Shown: positions 19,255-28,975 of the stretch, one piece after another
How positions within the stretch are numbered: the stretch's first letter is position 1
Layout of the letters: the number at the start of each line of letters is the position of its first letter
Source: Chloroflexota bacterium
GTDB taxonomy: Bacteria; Chloroflexota; UBA11872; VXNJ01
Direction: 5' to 3'
DNA: 64,000 nucleotides
NCBI GenBank assembly: GCA_965261345.1
Contig: OZ253449.1
Coordinates: 1,856,001 to 1,920,000, forward strand
Position numbers and translations under genes: made by a program
The notes under the pieces: generated by a model
What the model was told of the DNA's origin: nothing
Seen by the model: the letters and a program-made list of their open reading frames with translations, nothing else
The model's database searches: none

Positions 19255-21291
19255 TTAGCTGGCCCTGGCCGGCAGACCGGCCCGGTGGTCATGGTCAAGC
19301 ATGGCTCGAATTTCTGCTACTTCGTCGCGCAGCTCGGCGGCCCGTTCGAAATTGAGGGCATCGGCGGCGATATGCATCTCCTCTTCCAAGCGGGCCGCCC
19401 GGCGGGCGGCCTCGGCTGGCGCCAGCCGGGCGATATCGATCGAATCGCTTTTGCCAGCCCGTCGGCGGGCCGGCTGATCCGACTGTTCAGATTCGAGATT
19501 TAGCATCTCGCGGACGTCGCGCAGCTGCTTGCGTATTGATTCGGCGGTTATGCCGTGTTGGCGGTTATAGGCCACCTGCACCTGACGGCGGCGGTCGGTC
19601 TCGTCGATTGCGCGGCGCATGCTGCCGGTAACGTAATCGGCATACATGATCACCTGGCCGTCGACATGGCGCGCCGCCCGCCCCATGGTTTGGATGAGCG
19701 CACCCTCCGAGCGGAGGAAACCCTCTTTGTCGGCATCAAGAATGGCAACCAGCGTCACCTCCGGCAGATCGAGTCCTTCGCGCAACAGGTTGATCCCCAC
19801 AACCACGTCGTATACCCCGCGCCGCAGATCGTTGAGGATTTCGATCCGGTCTAGGGTGTCCACCTCCGAATGCAGATAGTGCACCTTGATGCCCAGCTCG
19901 GCCAGATACTCGGCAAGCTCCTCAGCCATGCGCTTGGTCAGGGTAGTAACCAAAGCCCGCTGGCCGATCCGAGCGCGCTTGTTGAGCTCCTCGACCAGAT
20001 CATCGATCTGTCCGCTGGTCGGTCGCACGCTAACTTGCGGATCGATCAGTCCGGTCGGCCGCACGATCTGTTCGACGATGCGCGACGAATTCTGATACTC
20101 GAATTTTGCCGGAGTGGCCGAGGTGAATACCGCCTGGTTGATATGGGTTAGAAACTCGTCGTGCGAGAGCGGACGATTGTCGAATGCCGACGGTAATCGG
20201 AAGCCGTATTCAACCAAGTTCTGTTTGCGCGACCGGTCGCCGCCCAGCATAGCTCCCACCTGGGGCAGCGCCAGATGCGATTCATCGATGATCATCAGAA
20301 AATCATCGGGCAGATAGTCGAGCAGGACCCAGGGCGGGTCGCCGGGTTTGGTGCCGGCGATATGGCGCGAATAGTTTTCAATGCCCGAGCAGTACCCGAC
20401 CTCGCGCAGCATTTCGATATCGTACCGGGTCCGCTGCTCTAGCCGGGCGGCGGCCAGCAGTTCGCCGGAAGCGCGCAGCTGCGCCAGTTGGTCGGTCAAC
20501 TCCACCTCAATCGACCCGATCGCCGTTTCGATCCGCTCGGCTGGGGCAACGTAGTGGCGGGCGGGATAGATTTCCACCGAATCCTGCTCGGCCAGAATTT
20601 CCCCGGTCAGGGTGTCAATCTGCAGGATTCGTTCGAGTTGGTCACCGAAGAATTCGCAGCGGTAGGCAAAGTCGTCATAGGACGGGAATATCTCCAGGAC
20701 GTCACCGCGCAGTCGGAAATTTCCATGGGTAGGCGCATGGTCGTTGCGCCCGTACTGCAGATCGGTCAGCCGCCGTAACAGGCGGTACAAGTCATATTCT
20801 GATCCGACCGCAAGCGCGACCTTCATCTGCCCGTAGTCGACCGGTGAGCCGATCCCGTAGATGCACGAGACCGACGCCACCACGACCACGTCGCGGCGTG
20901 AGAAAACCGAACGAGTGGCCGAAAGGCGCAGCTTCTCGATCTGCTTGTTGATGTCGACTTCCTTGTCGATATAGGTGTCGGTGCGGGCTATGTAGGCCTC
21001 CGGCTGGTAGTAGTCGTAGTAGGAGACGAAATATTCGACCGCGTTTTCCGGAAAAAAGTCGCGAAATTCCGCGCACAGCTGGGCTGCCAGTGTCTTGTTC
21101 GGGGCCAGCACCAGGGTAGGGCGATCAATCCGGGCAATTACATTGGCCATGGTGAAGGTCTTGCCCGAGCCCGTAACCCCCAGCAGGGTCTGGAATTTTT
21201 CGCCGCGGCCCAGACCCTCGATCAGGCTTTCGATTGCCGCCGGTTGGTCGCCCGCGGGGGCGAACGGCGAACGGAGTTTAAATAGACCCAT
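19255..21291 (-). CDS. uvrB: excinuclease ABC subunit B
   Basis: [26 protein letters not shown] beta-hairpin, [19 protein letters not shown]-terminal UVR domain (FERAAELRD). Confidence 0.98.
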   Translation of the reverse strand: MGLFKLRSPFAPAGDQPAAIESLIEGLGRGEKFQTLLGVTGSGKTFTMANVIARIDRPTLVLAPNKTLAAQLCAEFRDFFPENAVEYFVSYYDYYQPEAYIARTDTYIDKEVDINKQIEKLRLSATRSVFSRRDVVVVASVSCIYGIGSPVDYGQMKVALAVGSEYDLYRLLRRLTDLQYGRNDHAPTHGNFRLRGDVLEIFPSYDDFAYRCEFFGDQLERILQIDTLTGEILAEQDSVEIYPARHYVAPAERIETAIGSIEVELTDQLAQLRASGELLAAARLEQRTRYDIEMLREVGYCSGIENYSRHIAGTKPGDPPWVLLDYLPDDFLMIIDESHLALPQVGAMLGGDRSRKQNLVEYGFRLPSAFDNRPLSHDEFLTHINQAVFTSATPAKFEYQNSSRIVEQIVRPTGLIDPQVSVRPTSGQIDDLVEELNKRARIGQRALVTTLTKRMAEELAEYLAELGIKVHYLHSEVDTLDRIEILNDLRRGVYDVVVGINLLREGLDLPEVTLVAILDADKEGFLRSEGALIQTMGRAARHVDGQVIMYADYVTGSMRRAIDETDRRRQVQVAYNRQHGITAESIRKQLRDVREMLNLESEQSDQPARRRAGKSDSIDIARLAPAEAARRAARLEEEMHIAADALNFERAAELRDEVAEIRAMLDHDHRAGLPARAS

Positions 21292-21383
21292 TTAAAGTAA
21301 CCGGGCAACCATAAATACCGCCCATTTTCACCTGCCGTCGCCGCCAATTATCCGGCGGACAGGGTACGATAATGGTCGCGATG

Positions 21384-21470
21384 GCCGAGGTGGCGGAATT
21401 GGCAGACGCGCTAGCTTGAGGGGCTAGTGATCTTCGGATTGTGCGGGTTCAAATCCCGCCCTCGGCACCA
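21384..21470 (+). tRNA. tRNA-Leu (anticodon GAG)
   Basis: Acceptor GCCGAGG/CCTCGGC, discriminator A + encoded CCA, D-loop GGAATTGGCAGAC, anticodon arm CTAGC-TTGAGGG-GCTAG, long variable arm, TTCAAAT T-loop. Upstream -10-like TACGAT. Confidence 0.97.
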
Positions 21471-21671
21471 ACCAATAGGTCGCCGGACGCTTTGTGGAAC
21501 GAGCGGCGGGCCCGCCCGATCGCTGCGCTGCGGCCAAGCGTGGACAGTCAAATTAACTGGCCGGAAGGCACCACCGCGGGTGATCGGTTCCGGCACGGTG
21601 CCTGGCAGTCCGCCCTCGCGTCAATTGCGAAACATGGCCCGCCGTCCGTCCGCTTCCGCTTAGGGCGGCCT

Positions 21672-22892
21672 CTAGTGGACGCCTTCACGCCGCCCCAGGA
21701 TGGCGAAAACGATTACGACTGGGATCAACACGACTGCGGCCGCGAGGAAACCGGCGCGCAACGAGTACCCGAGCGCGATCGCTCCCAATAGGGGGCCTCC
21801 CACAACCTGGCCGATTGAATCGCCCTGCCCGCCAATGGACAGGACGGTGGCACGGACGGACGAGGGTACGAAGCGGTTCTGCCAGGAAATAAGCAGCGGG
21901 TCGCCGGCTCTCCGGAGCGGGCCGCGCGCCCAGAACATTGCCAAGGCAAGCGGCAGTCCGGTAGCCAGCCCGAAGGCTGCGAGGCTGCCGGTGTAGAGGA
22001 CCTGAAGGGCCATTAGAACCCGGGCCAGGATCCGGTCGTTGGAGGTGTCCACGGTGCGTCGGACGACCTCCAACGCACCGAGCGTAAGTGCAAGCGATAC
22101 GTAGCTGCTCAGACCAAACCATGCCACCGGGTCCAGCGGTCCCAGCCGCGGGAGGACGATTGTCTGCAAGAGGAACGGCGTGCTCAGTCGATCCGGGACT
22201 TCGCTCGCCGCCCCCAGTAGGAGGGGCACGATCACGACCAGCAGCAGGGCCCGCCGTCGCGCGATAACTCTGATGGCCTCGCGCAACGTGCGCCCCATCG
22301 CCTGGAACGTCCGGCGCCGGCGGGCGGGCAACGGCCGGAACCCGTTCTCGGTCATGGTCAATGCCGCCAGCACCGCCAGGCTGATGTAAATGAGTCCTCC
22401 GGCAACGATCGGGAAGGCGCGGTCGATACTCGCCAACGCGACCGATAACGACGCCCCCGCCAGCCCGCCGCCGACATTGGCCTGCGATCCCCGCAGAAGC
22501 GCTTGGGGCAGTAGTTGGGTGCCGACTTCGTCGGCTAGCCAGGCAGTCCTGGCGCCACTGACGAACGTGTGCCCGAGACCCCAAACGACCTGGGCAATCA
22601 ACAGCGCACCAAATATCGGAACCGACCCCTCGAGGACGAAACCGCCGCCTATGAGGGCTAGCCCAATTACGACCGAGAGGCGGCGACTATAGACATCGGC
22701 AACGACTCCGGTGGGGATTTCGAAGGCAAAGACGGTCGCCTCGAGTGCGGTGCCGACCAAGATGAGTTGGAGTGGGTTGAGGCCGACCGACTCGACCTGG
22801 TAAACGAGGTTGGTGGTCACGACCGTCGCAAACGCCAATCCCTCGACCGCCGACATGCCGATCGAGAGCGGGTATGCGGGCGGCCGCCTCAT
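21672..22892 (-). CDS. MFS transporter, TetA(P)-like (DHA3 family)
   Basis: LNPLQLILVGTALE..FAFEIPTGVVADVYSRRLS and AQVVWGLGHTFVSGA resemble the TetA(P) family. Start ATG 22892 (TTG 22931 alternative). Confidence 0.82.
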   Translation of the reverse strand: MRRPPAYPLSIGMSAVEGLAFATVVTTNLVYQVESVGLNPLQLILVGTALEATVFAFEIPTGVVADVYSRRLSVVIGLALIGGGFVLEGSVPIFGALLIAQVVWGLGHTFVSGARTAWLADEVGTQLLPQALLRGSQANVGGGLAGASLSVALASIDRAFPIVAGGLIYISLAVLAALTMTENGFRPLPARRRRTFQAMGRTLREAIRVIARRRALLLVVIVPLLLGAASEVPDRLSTPFLLQTIVLPRLGPLDPVAWFGLSSYVSLALTLGALEVVRRTVDTSNDRILARVLMALQVLYTGSLAAFGLATGLPLALAMFWARGPLRRAGDPLLISWQNRFVPSSVRATVLSIGGQGDSIGQVVGGPLLGAIALGYSLRAGFLAAAVVLIPVVIVFAILGRREGVH

Positions 22893-23098
22893 TGGCCGGT
22901 CGACCCCAACCGTTGGCGCCCGACTTGGCAACTAATCCGGTAATGGCGCATGCCGGCCGATCTAGAGGAGAAAGCAGGGCGAGAACTTGCGAAAGCTGCC
23001 AATTGTGCACAGGCTGCCTGACACCCGTCGGGGCGTGTTAGATACTTGCAGCGGAAATTAACCAGGTTCGCCATATTGGCTGGAATCGAATCCCACCG

Positions 23099-24088
23099 AT
23101 GGCCAACTTGCCGCACGCGATCTCAGCCTCCCGACTCTATCGTGATTTCGGCCGCGTGCCGGCAGTTGCCGGCGTTGACCTGACCGTGGCTCCCGGTGAG
23201 GTTTACGCATTTATCGGCCCCAACGGGGCTGGCAAAACGACCACCCTGCGCATCCTTACAACGTTGCTCCTACCCACCAGTGGCCAGGCCTTCGTGGCCG
23301 GTCACGATGTGGTCGCCGATGCCGGCCTGGTGCGCCTAAAAATTGGCACTGCGTTGCAGGACGTGGGCCTCGATCCCAAGCAAACCGGCCTGGAATTGCT
23401 GCGGCTGCAGGGGGCGCTTTACGGGCTCTCGCGCCGCGAAACCGCCCAGCGGATTGGTGAACTTGAATACCTGATCGACATCGGTGATGCGCTTGGCCGC
23501 CTGATCGAGACCTATTCCGGGGGCATGAAGCGCCGACTCGATCTTGCCGCGTCGCTGATTCATTCGCCCCAGGTGCTCTTTTTGGATGAACCGACCACCG
23601 GACTGGATCCGATCAGTCGGTCGCGCGTCTGGGAGTACGTCCGCCATGTCAACCGGGAACTGGGCGTTTCCATTTTCCTAACTACCCAATACCTGGAGGA
23701 AGCCGATGCCCTGGCCGATCGGGTGGGAATCATCAATCACGGGGTGCTGGCGGCCGAGGGAACCTCCGACCAATTGAAGCGATCGGTCGGTTCGGACGTA
23801 ATCGTCGCCTCGGTCAGTGATGCCCGGCGCGCCCAGCGGGCGCTGGTTGGTCTAACTCCGGCGATGCAGACCGAGGCGTATGAGAGCGAACTGGCAATTT
23901 CCACCACCGACGGCGCTGGCCAGATAAGCCAAATTGCCCTGGCCCTCAACCGGGCCGGCGTGACCGTTACCTCATTGACCCTGCGTACGCCGACGCTTGA
24001 TGACGTATTCCTGCACGTTACCGGTGCGCGAATGCACGACGAGGCCGACGATCACACAGGTAAACCTGCCCCTGAGGTTTCCGGTTGA
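23099..24088 (+). CDS. ABC-2 type exporter ATP-binding protein (DrrA-like)
   Basis: GPNGAGKTT, YSGGMKRRLDLA, FLDEPTTGLDP, TTQYLEEAD, PTLDDVFL. Confidence 0.92.
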   Translation: MANLPHAISASRLYRDFGRVPAVAGVDLTVAPGEVYAFIGPNGAGKTTTLRILTTLLLPTSGQAFVAGHDVVADAGLVRLKIGTALQDVGLDPKQTGLELLRLQGALYGLSRRETAQRIGELEYLIDIGDALGRLIETYSGGMKRRLDLAASLIHSPQVLFLDEPTTGLDPISRSRVWEYVRHVNRELGVSIFLTTQYLEEADALADRVGIINHGVLAAEGTSDQLKRSVGSDVIVASVSDARRAQRALVGLTPAMQTEAYESELAISTTDGAGQISQIALALNRAGVTVTSLTLRTPTLDDVFLHVTGARMHDEADDHTGKPAPEVSG

Positions 24089-24903
24089 ACGCCGGCGTGG
24101 TCGGCGGTCGGCGGGTGGTCGCCAAACGGGCCGGCCTATGGCGCGATCTCTTTTACCTGGGCGGACGCGGTGTGCGATCGGTCACCCGCGATTTCGAAAT
24201 GCTGGTGACCGCGTTGATCGTCCCGGCCTTTTTCTTTGTCATCAACGTCGGTGCGCTGCAGGACCTGACCGAACTCGGGGCGGGCGGGTTGGCGACCGGG
24301 TTTGATTACAAGGCATTCCAGATCCCGGTTGCAGTTCTCTTTGCGGTAACCGGCCTGAGCCGTGCCAACATCCTGGTTTCCGACATTCAGGGAGGATACT
24401 TCGACCGCTTGGCGCTGACTCCGGTCAATCGCCTGGCGATGCTTTTGGGGTTGCTGGTTGCCGACATGGCCATCGCGGTTGTCATGACCATTCCGGTGCT
24501 GATCCTGGCGCTGGCCGTCGGCGTGAGTTTTAGCTCGGGTCCGCTCGGAGTGATCGTGCTGCTGCTGCTGACGGTGATTTGGACTGCGATCTACAACGGA
24601 TTCCCTTATGCGGTTGCCCTAAAGACCGGCAATCCGGCGATGGTCAACGCGAGCTTCATCATCTTTTTTCCGGTCGTTTTCATGAGCCCGGTTTTCGTCC
24701 CGCAGGAGGCGATGACCGGCTGGATGGCAACCATCGTGCAATTTAATCCGGTCACCTACCTGCTGCGGGGGATGCGTTCGCTGATCAACGAGGGGTGGGT
24801 ATTTGAGGACATCCTCGGCGCCCTGGCCGGAATTGCCGCGATTGGGCTTATCTCAATCCCGCTCGCGTCCTGGGCGCTGCGGGGGCGGGTGCGCCGCCGG
24901 TAG
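24085..24903 (+). CDS. ABC-2 type exporter permease (DrrB-like)
   Basis: Six TM helices, GYFDRLALTP, NPVTY; TTGA overlap with ATPase. Confidence 0.9.
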   Translation: MNAGVVGGRRVVAKRAGLWRDLFYLGGRGVRSVTRDFEMLVTALIVPAFFFVINVGALQDLTELGAGGLATGFDYKAFQIPVAVLFAVTGLSRANILVSDIQGGYFDRLALTPVNRLAMLLGLLVADMAIAVVMTIPVLILALAVGVSFSSGPLGVIVLLLLTVIWTAIYNGFPYAVALKTGNPAMVNASFIIFFPVVFMSPVFVPQEAMTGWMATIVQFNPVTYLLRGMRSLINEGWVFEDILGALAGIAAIGLISIPLASWALRGRVRRR

Positions 24904-24953
24904 CCGCTCCGGTTGGTCGGTGCTCCCGCACGGCGGCGGGCGTGACCCCGTGG

Positions 24954-25448
24954 CTAGTCCAGCTCGGTGGCCAGGATCTGCGCGCGCTGGGCAATCCGGT
25001 CCTCGGTTAAGGCCCAGTCCAGCCGGGCGTCGTCGAGCGCCAGAATCTGGATCGCCAGTAACGCCGCGTTGTGGGCGCCGGCTTTGCCGATCGCCAGGGT
25101 CCCAACCGGGATGCCGCGCGGCATTTGCACCGTGGCCAGCAACGAGTCAAGACCATCGAGCGCCCAGCCCGGCATCGGCACTCCCAGGACCGGGCGGACA
25201 GTCTGGGCAGCCACCGCACCGGCCAGATGAGCAGCCCCACCGGCGGCGGCGATGAACACCTTGGCGCCACGCTCTTCGGTTTCCCGAACCCAGGCCACGG
25301 TCTCCTCGGGGGTGCGGTGGGCCGAGAGCACCCGTGCGTCGAATGCAACTCCAAATTTGGCCAGCTGCTCGGTGGCGCTGCGCATCACCGGCCAGTCGGA
25401 CTTGGATCCAAAGACTACGCCCACCTGAACGGGCCCCGGCTTTTCCAT
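24954..25448 (-). CDS. purE: N5-CAIR mutase / AIR carboxylase PurE
   Basis: [35 protein letters not shown]. Confidence 0.96.
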   Translation of the reverse strand: MEKPGPVQVGVVFGSKSDWPVMRSATEQLAKFGVAFDARVLSAHRTPEETVAWVRETEERGAKVFIAAAGGAAHLAGAVAAQTVRPVLGVPMPGWALDGLDSLLATVQMPRGIPVGTLAIGKAGAHNAALLAIQILALDDARLDWALTEDRIAQRAQILATELD

Positions 25449-26891
25449 CTATTGCCCCTGCGAGAGTGAATAACCGACCAACCCGTCATAGGTGTACAGA
25501 TTCTCGGCCTTTACGAAATCAATTCCGGCGGCGGCGAATCCGCTCAAGAGCTCGGCAACCTGGGCGTGTGTGGCGTCGGAGCACTCGTAACGGCAACGCC
25601 AGTGGTTGGAGAGATGGGCGATTCCCGCGTCGCCGGGCCACACCTTGAGACCGCGGTTGTCGATCAGCGAAAGGTCGAACTCGTTGGCCAGCGGGCCGAC
25701 CTGCTCGGCCAGCCTGGCCGGTGGACCACCGCTCCAATCCAGGAACACATCGACACCGACCAACTGTTTCTTGGGCCCTACGGTCGGTTTGGCACGGGCC
25801 GGTCGGCGCGAGCTGGATTCGCCGAAATGGGCCGGCGGGTAATGGGAAGGCTTACGCCCGGTTCGATCGATCACGGCGTCGGCAAATTCGCGGGTGCCCA
25901 CCTTGGCGGTGCTGTGCTCAGTCGAATAGACGTCATAGGTGTGGATGCCGTCCTCGATCGTTGACAGCCAGGCGTCGCGCACCCGGGCCGCCACATCGGA
26001 CTGGCCGATGTGCACCAGCATCAGGATCGCCCCGTTTAGCAATCCCGAGGGATTGGCCAGATTCTGTCCGGCCCGCCGCGGGGCCGAACCGTGAATCGCC
26101 TCGAACATGGCATAGTCGGTGCCCACGTTGGCCGATCCGGCCAGACCGACACTGCCGGCAATCTGGGCGGCGATGTCCGAGAGGATGTCGCCATAGAGAT
26201 TGGGAGTAACGATCACGTCGAAGACCTCCGGGGTGTCGGCCAGCTTGGCCATCCCGATGTCTACGATCCAATGTTCGTTTTCAATATCCGGGTAGTCGAC
26301 CGCGACCTCGTCAAACACCCGGTGGAACATTCCGTCGGTGAGCTTCATGATGTTGTCTTTGGTAAAGCATGTGACCTTGCCGCGCCCGAAGCGACGGGCA
26401 TATTCGAATGCGTAGCGGCAGATTCGCTCGGACCCGGCATGCGATATCAATTTGAGCGATTCGGTCATCCCGGCGGTCGGCTGATACTCGATTCCGGCGT
26501 AGAGGTCCTCCTCGTTTTCCCTAACGATCACCACATCCATGCCCGCGTGCTTGGTGGCCACATAAGGGTCGTAGGCTACCGCCGGGCGAATGTTGGCGTA
26601 AAGCCCCAGCGTCTTGCGGATGGTCACGTTCATGCTCTTGAACCCGCCGCCCTGCGGGGTCGTAATCGGCGCTTTCAGAAATACCTTGGTTCGCAGCAGC
26701 GACTCCCAGGCCGAACCCTCAATGCCACTGGTGTGCCCGCGCAGGTAGACCGGTTCGCCGACCTCGATTTCCTCCAGGGCAATCGCCGCCCCGGACGCCT
26801 GCAGGATACGCAGCGTGGCGTCCATGATCTCGGGGCCAATTCCGTCGCCCTTGGCGATCGTGATCGGTACGTTTTGGCGCGATGGTTGCAT
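25449..26891 (-). CDS. icd: NADP-dependent isocitrate dehydrogenase (~480 aa type with C-terminal extension)
   Basis: GDGIGPEI, KAPITTPQGGGFKS, RENEEDLY, KDNIMK, NLYGDILSD, FEAIHGSAP, C-terminal LVGVDVF...HWRCR. Confidence 0.93.
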   Translation of the reverse strand: MQPSRQNVPITIAKGDGIGPEIMDATLRILQASGAAIALEEIEVGEPVYLRGHTSGIEGSAWESLLRTKVFLKAPITTPQGGGFKSMNVTIRKTLGLYANIRPAVAYDPYVATKHAGMDVVIVRENEEDLYAGIEYQPTAGMTESLKLISHAGSERICRYAFEYARRFGRGKVTCFTKDNIMKLTDGMFHRVFDEVAVDYPDIENEHWIVDIGMAKLADTPEVFDVIVTPNLYGDILSDIAAQIAGSVGLAGSANVGTDYAMFEAIHGSAPRRAGQNLANPSGLLNGAILMLVHIGQSDVAARVRDAWLSTIEDGIHTYDVYSTEHSTAKVGTREFADAVIDRTGRKPSHYPPAHFGESSSRRPARAKPTVGPKKQLVGVDVFLDWSGGPPARLAEQVGPLANEFDLSLIDNRGLKVWPGDAGIAHLSNHWRCRYECSDATHAQVAELLSGFAAAGIDFVKAENLYTYDGLVGYSLSQGQ

Positions 26892-26926
26892 AGATTTTTC
26901 CGGGAAGTTGGTTCGGCCGAGGTGCT

Positions 26927-27745
26927 CTACGATGTTCCGGTTGGCCCGGCAAGGTCAACCCCGCGGGCTCGCGCCCAGTGCTGGGTGCGGGTGGGCAGCC
27001 GCCCGGTCCAGAAGAGGAACAGGGCCGCCGCCGAGGCCAGTCCAACCACCACCGCAATCCACTGGGCTTGGGTAAATGGTCCGTAAAGCTCGTCCTGACG
27101 CAGGAAGGTAACCAGGAATCGAAACAGCGAATAGGAGAAGGTATAGAGGAAAAATACGCGGCCGGAGCCGCCCCAGCGCTTCACCGCCCAGATCAGTAGT
27201 GCCAGTATCAGCAGGTCGGCGATCAACTCGTAGAGATGGGCGGGATGGGCGGCGAACGTATCGCCGAGGGCGTCGCGTGCGGCCAGGGTGGTGGAGTTCG
27301 TGTACAGGAAGGCCCACGGAAGATCGGAAGCCACGCGGGTGTGCTCGCCGTTGACGATGTTGGCCAATCGGCCAATCGCCTGACCCAATATCAGGCCCAA
27401 ACCGCCGACATCCATTATTGGTCGGATCGGGATCTTTTGGCGCCAGGCGGCAATAACTCCGCCGGCGACGCCGCCGAGGATCCCGCCCCAGATCGCCCCT
27501 CCGCCGTGCCAGATCTGCACGGCTAGGATCGGGTCATTGGCGTAAATCTCGGGCCATTTGTCGATCACGTGCAGGGCCCGGGTTCCGATTATTCCGGCGA
27601 TGATCGCCCAAAGTGCGATGGCATCGACAGCCTCAGCATCTATCCCGACGGCTGGGGCATAGCGCCGACACATCCACCATCCAGCCGCAATGCCGGCGAC
27701 CACGATCGGGCCGTACAGCCGCAGGGTAAGCGGGCCCAGGTCCAC
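26927..27745 (-). CDS. lgt: prolipoprotein diacylglyceryl transferase
   Basis: LGPLTLRLYG, IWHGGGAIWGG, GQAIGRLANIVNGE, HPAHLYE. N-terminus may extend ~10 codons upstream. Confidence 0.93.
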   Translation of the reverse strand: MDLGPLTLRLYGPIVVAGIAAGWWMCRRYAPAVGIDAEAVDAIALWAIIAGIIGTRALHVIDKWPEIYANDPILAVQIWHGGGAIWGGILGGVAGGVIAAWRQKIPIRPIMDVGGLGLILGQAIGRLANIVNGEHTRVASDLPWAFLYTNSTTLAARDALGDTFAAHPAHLYELIADLLILALLIWAVKRWGGSGRVFFLYTFSYSLFRFLVTFLRQDELYGPFTQAQWIAVVVGLASAAALFLFWTGRLPTRTQHWARARGVDLAGPTGTS

Positions 27746-27865
27746 GTAGGGCCCCCAGGGGATCTCGATTAAGCTAAAAATTGCCAGATCACTTTACAGT
27801 TGTAGCTTGCCGGTGCCAGAGTCCGAATAAGCATCATACGGCCAAACAAATGCGGCTCCTGGCCG

Positions 27866-28975
27866 TTACCGGCCGCACTGATTTTCCAAAATCACGGTGG
27901 TGGTCGGCGGCGCCCGGGTGACCTCGGCGTAACCGGTCAACTCGACAAATCCGCGGCCGACCGGGTCCGCCCCCTGCCTGGCGACAACCGAACCCTCCCA
28001 GTAAAAGCTACCGGTGCTCGCGGTAGCATCCAGCTCGGAATCGGCAATGTGCGGCTCAATCACTAGGTCGATTTCCTGAGAAGGGACCTGCAGATGCCAA
28101 CCGGCAGGGTAACTGGCGTTGCTGCTGGGGCTTTTCCATTGACCCAGGGGAGCGATCAATATATCGCTCTCGACCAGGTGGGTTTGCCCGCCGCTCGGGC
28201 CGGAGATCGTTCCGTAGATTGCGGCGACCTGGTCGTCTTCCCCGCGAACGACGGTGACCATGAGCTCGCGCCGGTCGGCCAGCTGCAATGAAAACCAGTC
28301 CCAGCCGCCGTCTCCGGTGACGATGAAATCGCCCCACTGGTGATCGAACCAGGCCTCACCGGCGACCGCGCGAGATTGACCCGCGATGGTTACGACGCCG
28401 CTGGCGCTCAGTCGCGGATGGGAATAGTAGTACGACCAGCCGTAGGGCGAGAAATCGATGATTCCGGACCGGTTGTGGAGGACCGCCGGAGCGGAAATGT
28501 CGAGCTCCAGTTCCAGGCCGATTTCGCCGTCCCGGGCCAAGATCGTAAATCCGTCGTCGGCAAGATTTAGCCGCCAGCCGCCGACGCACAGGGCGGCGCC
28601 CAGATTGGGATCCGAACCGTCGGCGGCCGAGGTGCGCTGCGCGTAAAGAAAGGTTTTGCTGGTTAAATCGGACAGCGCGAAGTGGGCGGCGTGCGAGCGC
28701 GGGAGGTTGGCCCGCTGGCCGGCAAAAATGACGAATTCGAATCCGTATTGGTGGCCATTCACGTCTTCCAGATGACCGGTAAAGTACCACCACTCACTCA
28801 GGTTGCGGTGCGGAAACTGATCTGCCGGCAGGGCTACCGGCGCCAGGTCGGCGATCACCGGCGGCTCGGGATCTGGAACCGGCCGCAGCGGGGCGTATGC
28901 ACCGCTGCAGGATACCAGCAGCAGCGCCAGCACCCCCATAAGCAGAACCGGCGCCAGTTTGGCTAGCCTGGACAT
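27866..28975 (-). CDS. AttH/CrtC-like lipocalin-fold lipoprotein (carotenoid 1,2-hydratase family fold)
   Basis: LVSC lipobox; EWWYFTGHL, SYYYS.PR, AWFDHQWG, GWDWFSLQL, YWEG, GFVELTGY. Confidence 0.85.
   Translation of the reverse strand: MSRLAKLAPVLLMGVLALLLVSCSGAYAPLRPVPDPEPPVIADLAPVALPADQFPHRNLSEWWYFTGHLEDVNGHQYGFEFVIFAGQRANLPRSHAAHFALSDLTSKTFLYAQRTSAADGSDPNLGAALCVGGWRLNLADDGFTILARDGEIGLELELDISAPAVLHNRSGIIDFSPYGWSYYYSHPRLSASGVVTIAGQSRAVAGEAWFDHQWGDFIVTGDGGWDWFSLQLADRRELMVTVVRGEDDQVAAIYGTISGPSGGQTHLVESDILIAPLGQWKSPSSNASYPAGWHLQVPSQEIDLVIEPHIADSELDATASTGSFYWEGSVVARQGADPVGRGFVELTGYAEVTRAPPTTTVILENQCGR

Noticed and set aside
21292-21383. LexA box upstream of uvrB
   Set aside because: No GAAC-N4-GTTC or CTGT-N8-ACAG match seen.
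21450-24960. Integrative element at tRNA-Leu
   Set aside because: No integrase and no duplicated tRNA 3' end found by eye.
26091-27086. Long antisense/alternate-frame ORFs (also 30974-31954, 46193-47248, 47553-48464, 55249-56433, 62079-63089)
   Set aside because: Shadow ORFs opposite clear genes in high-GC DNA, with no recognisable motifs.
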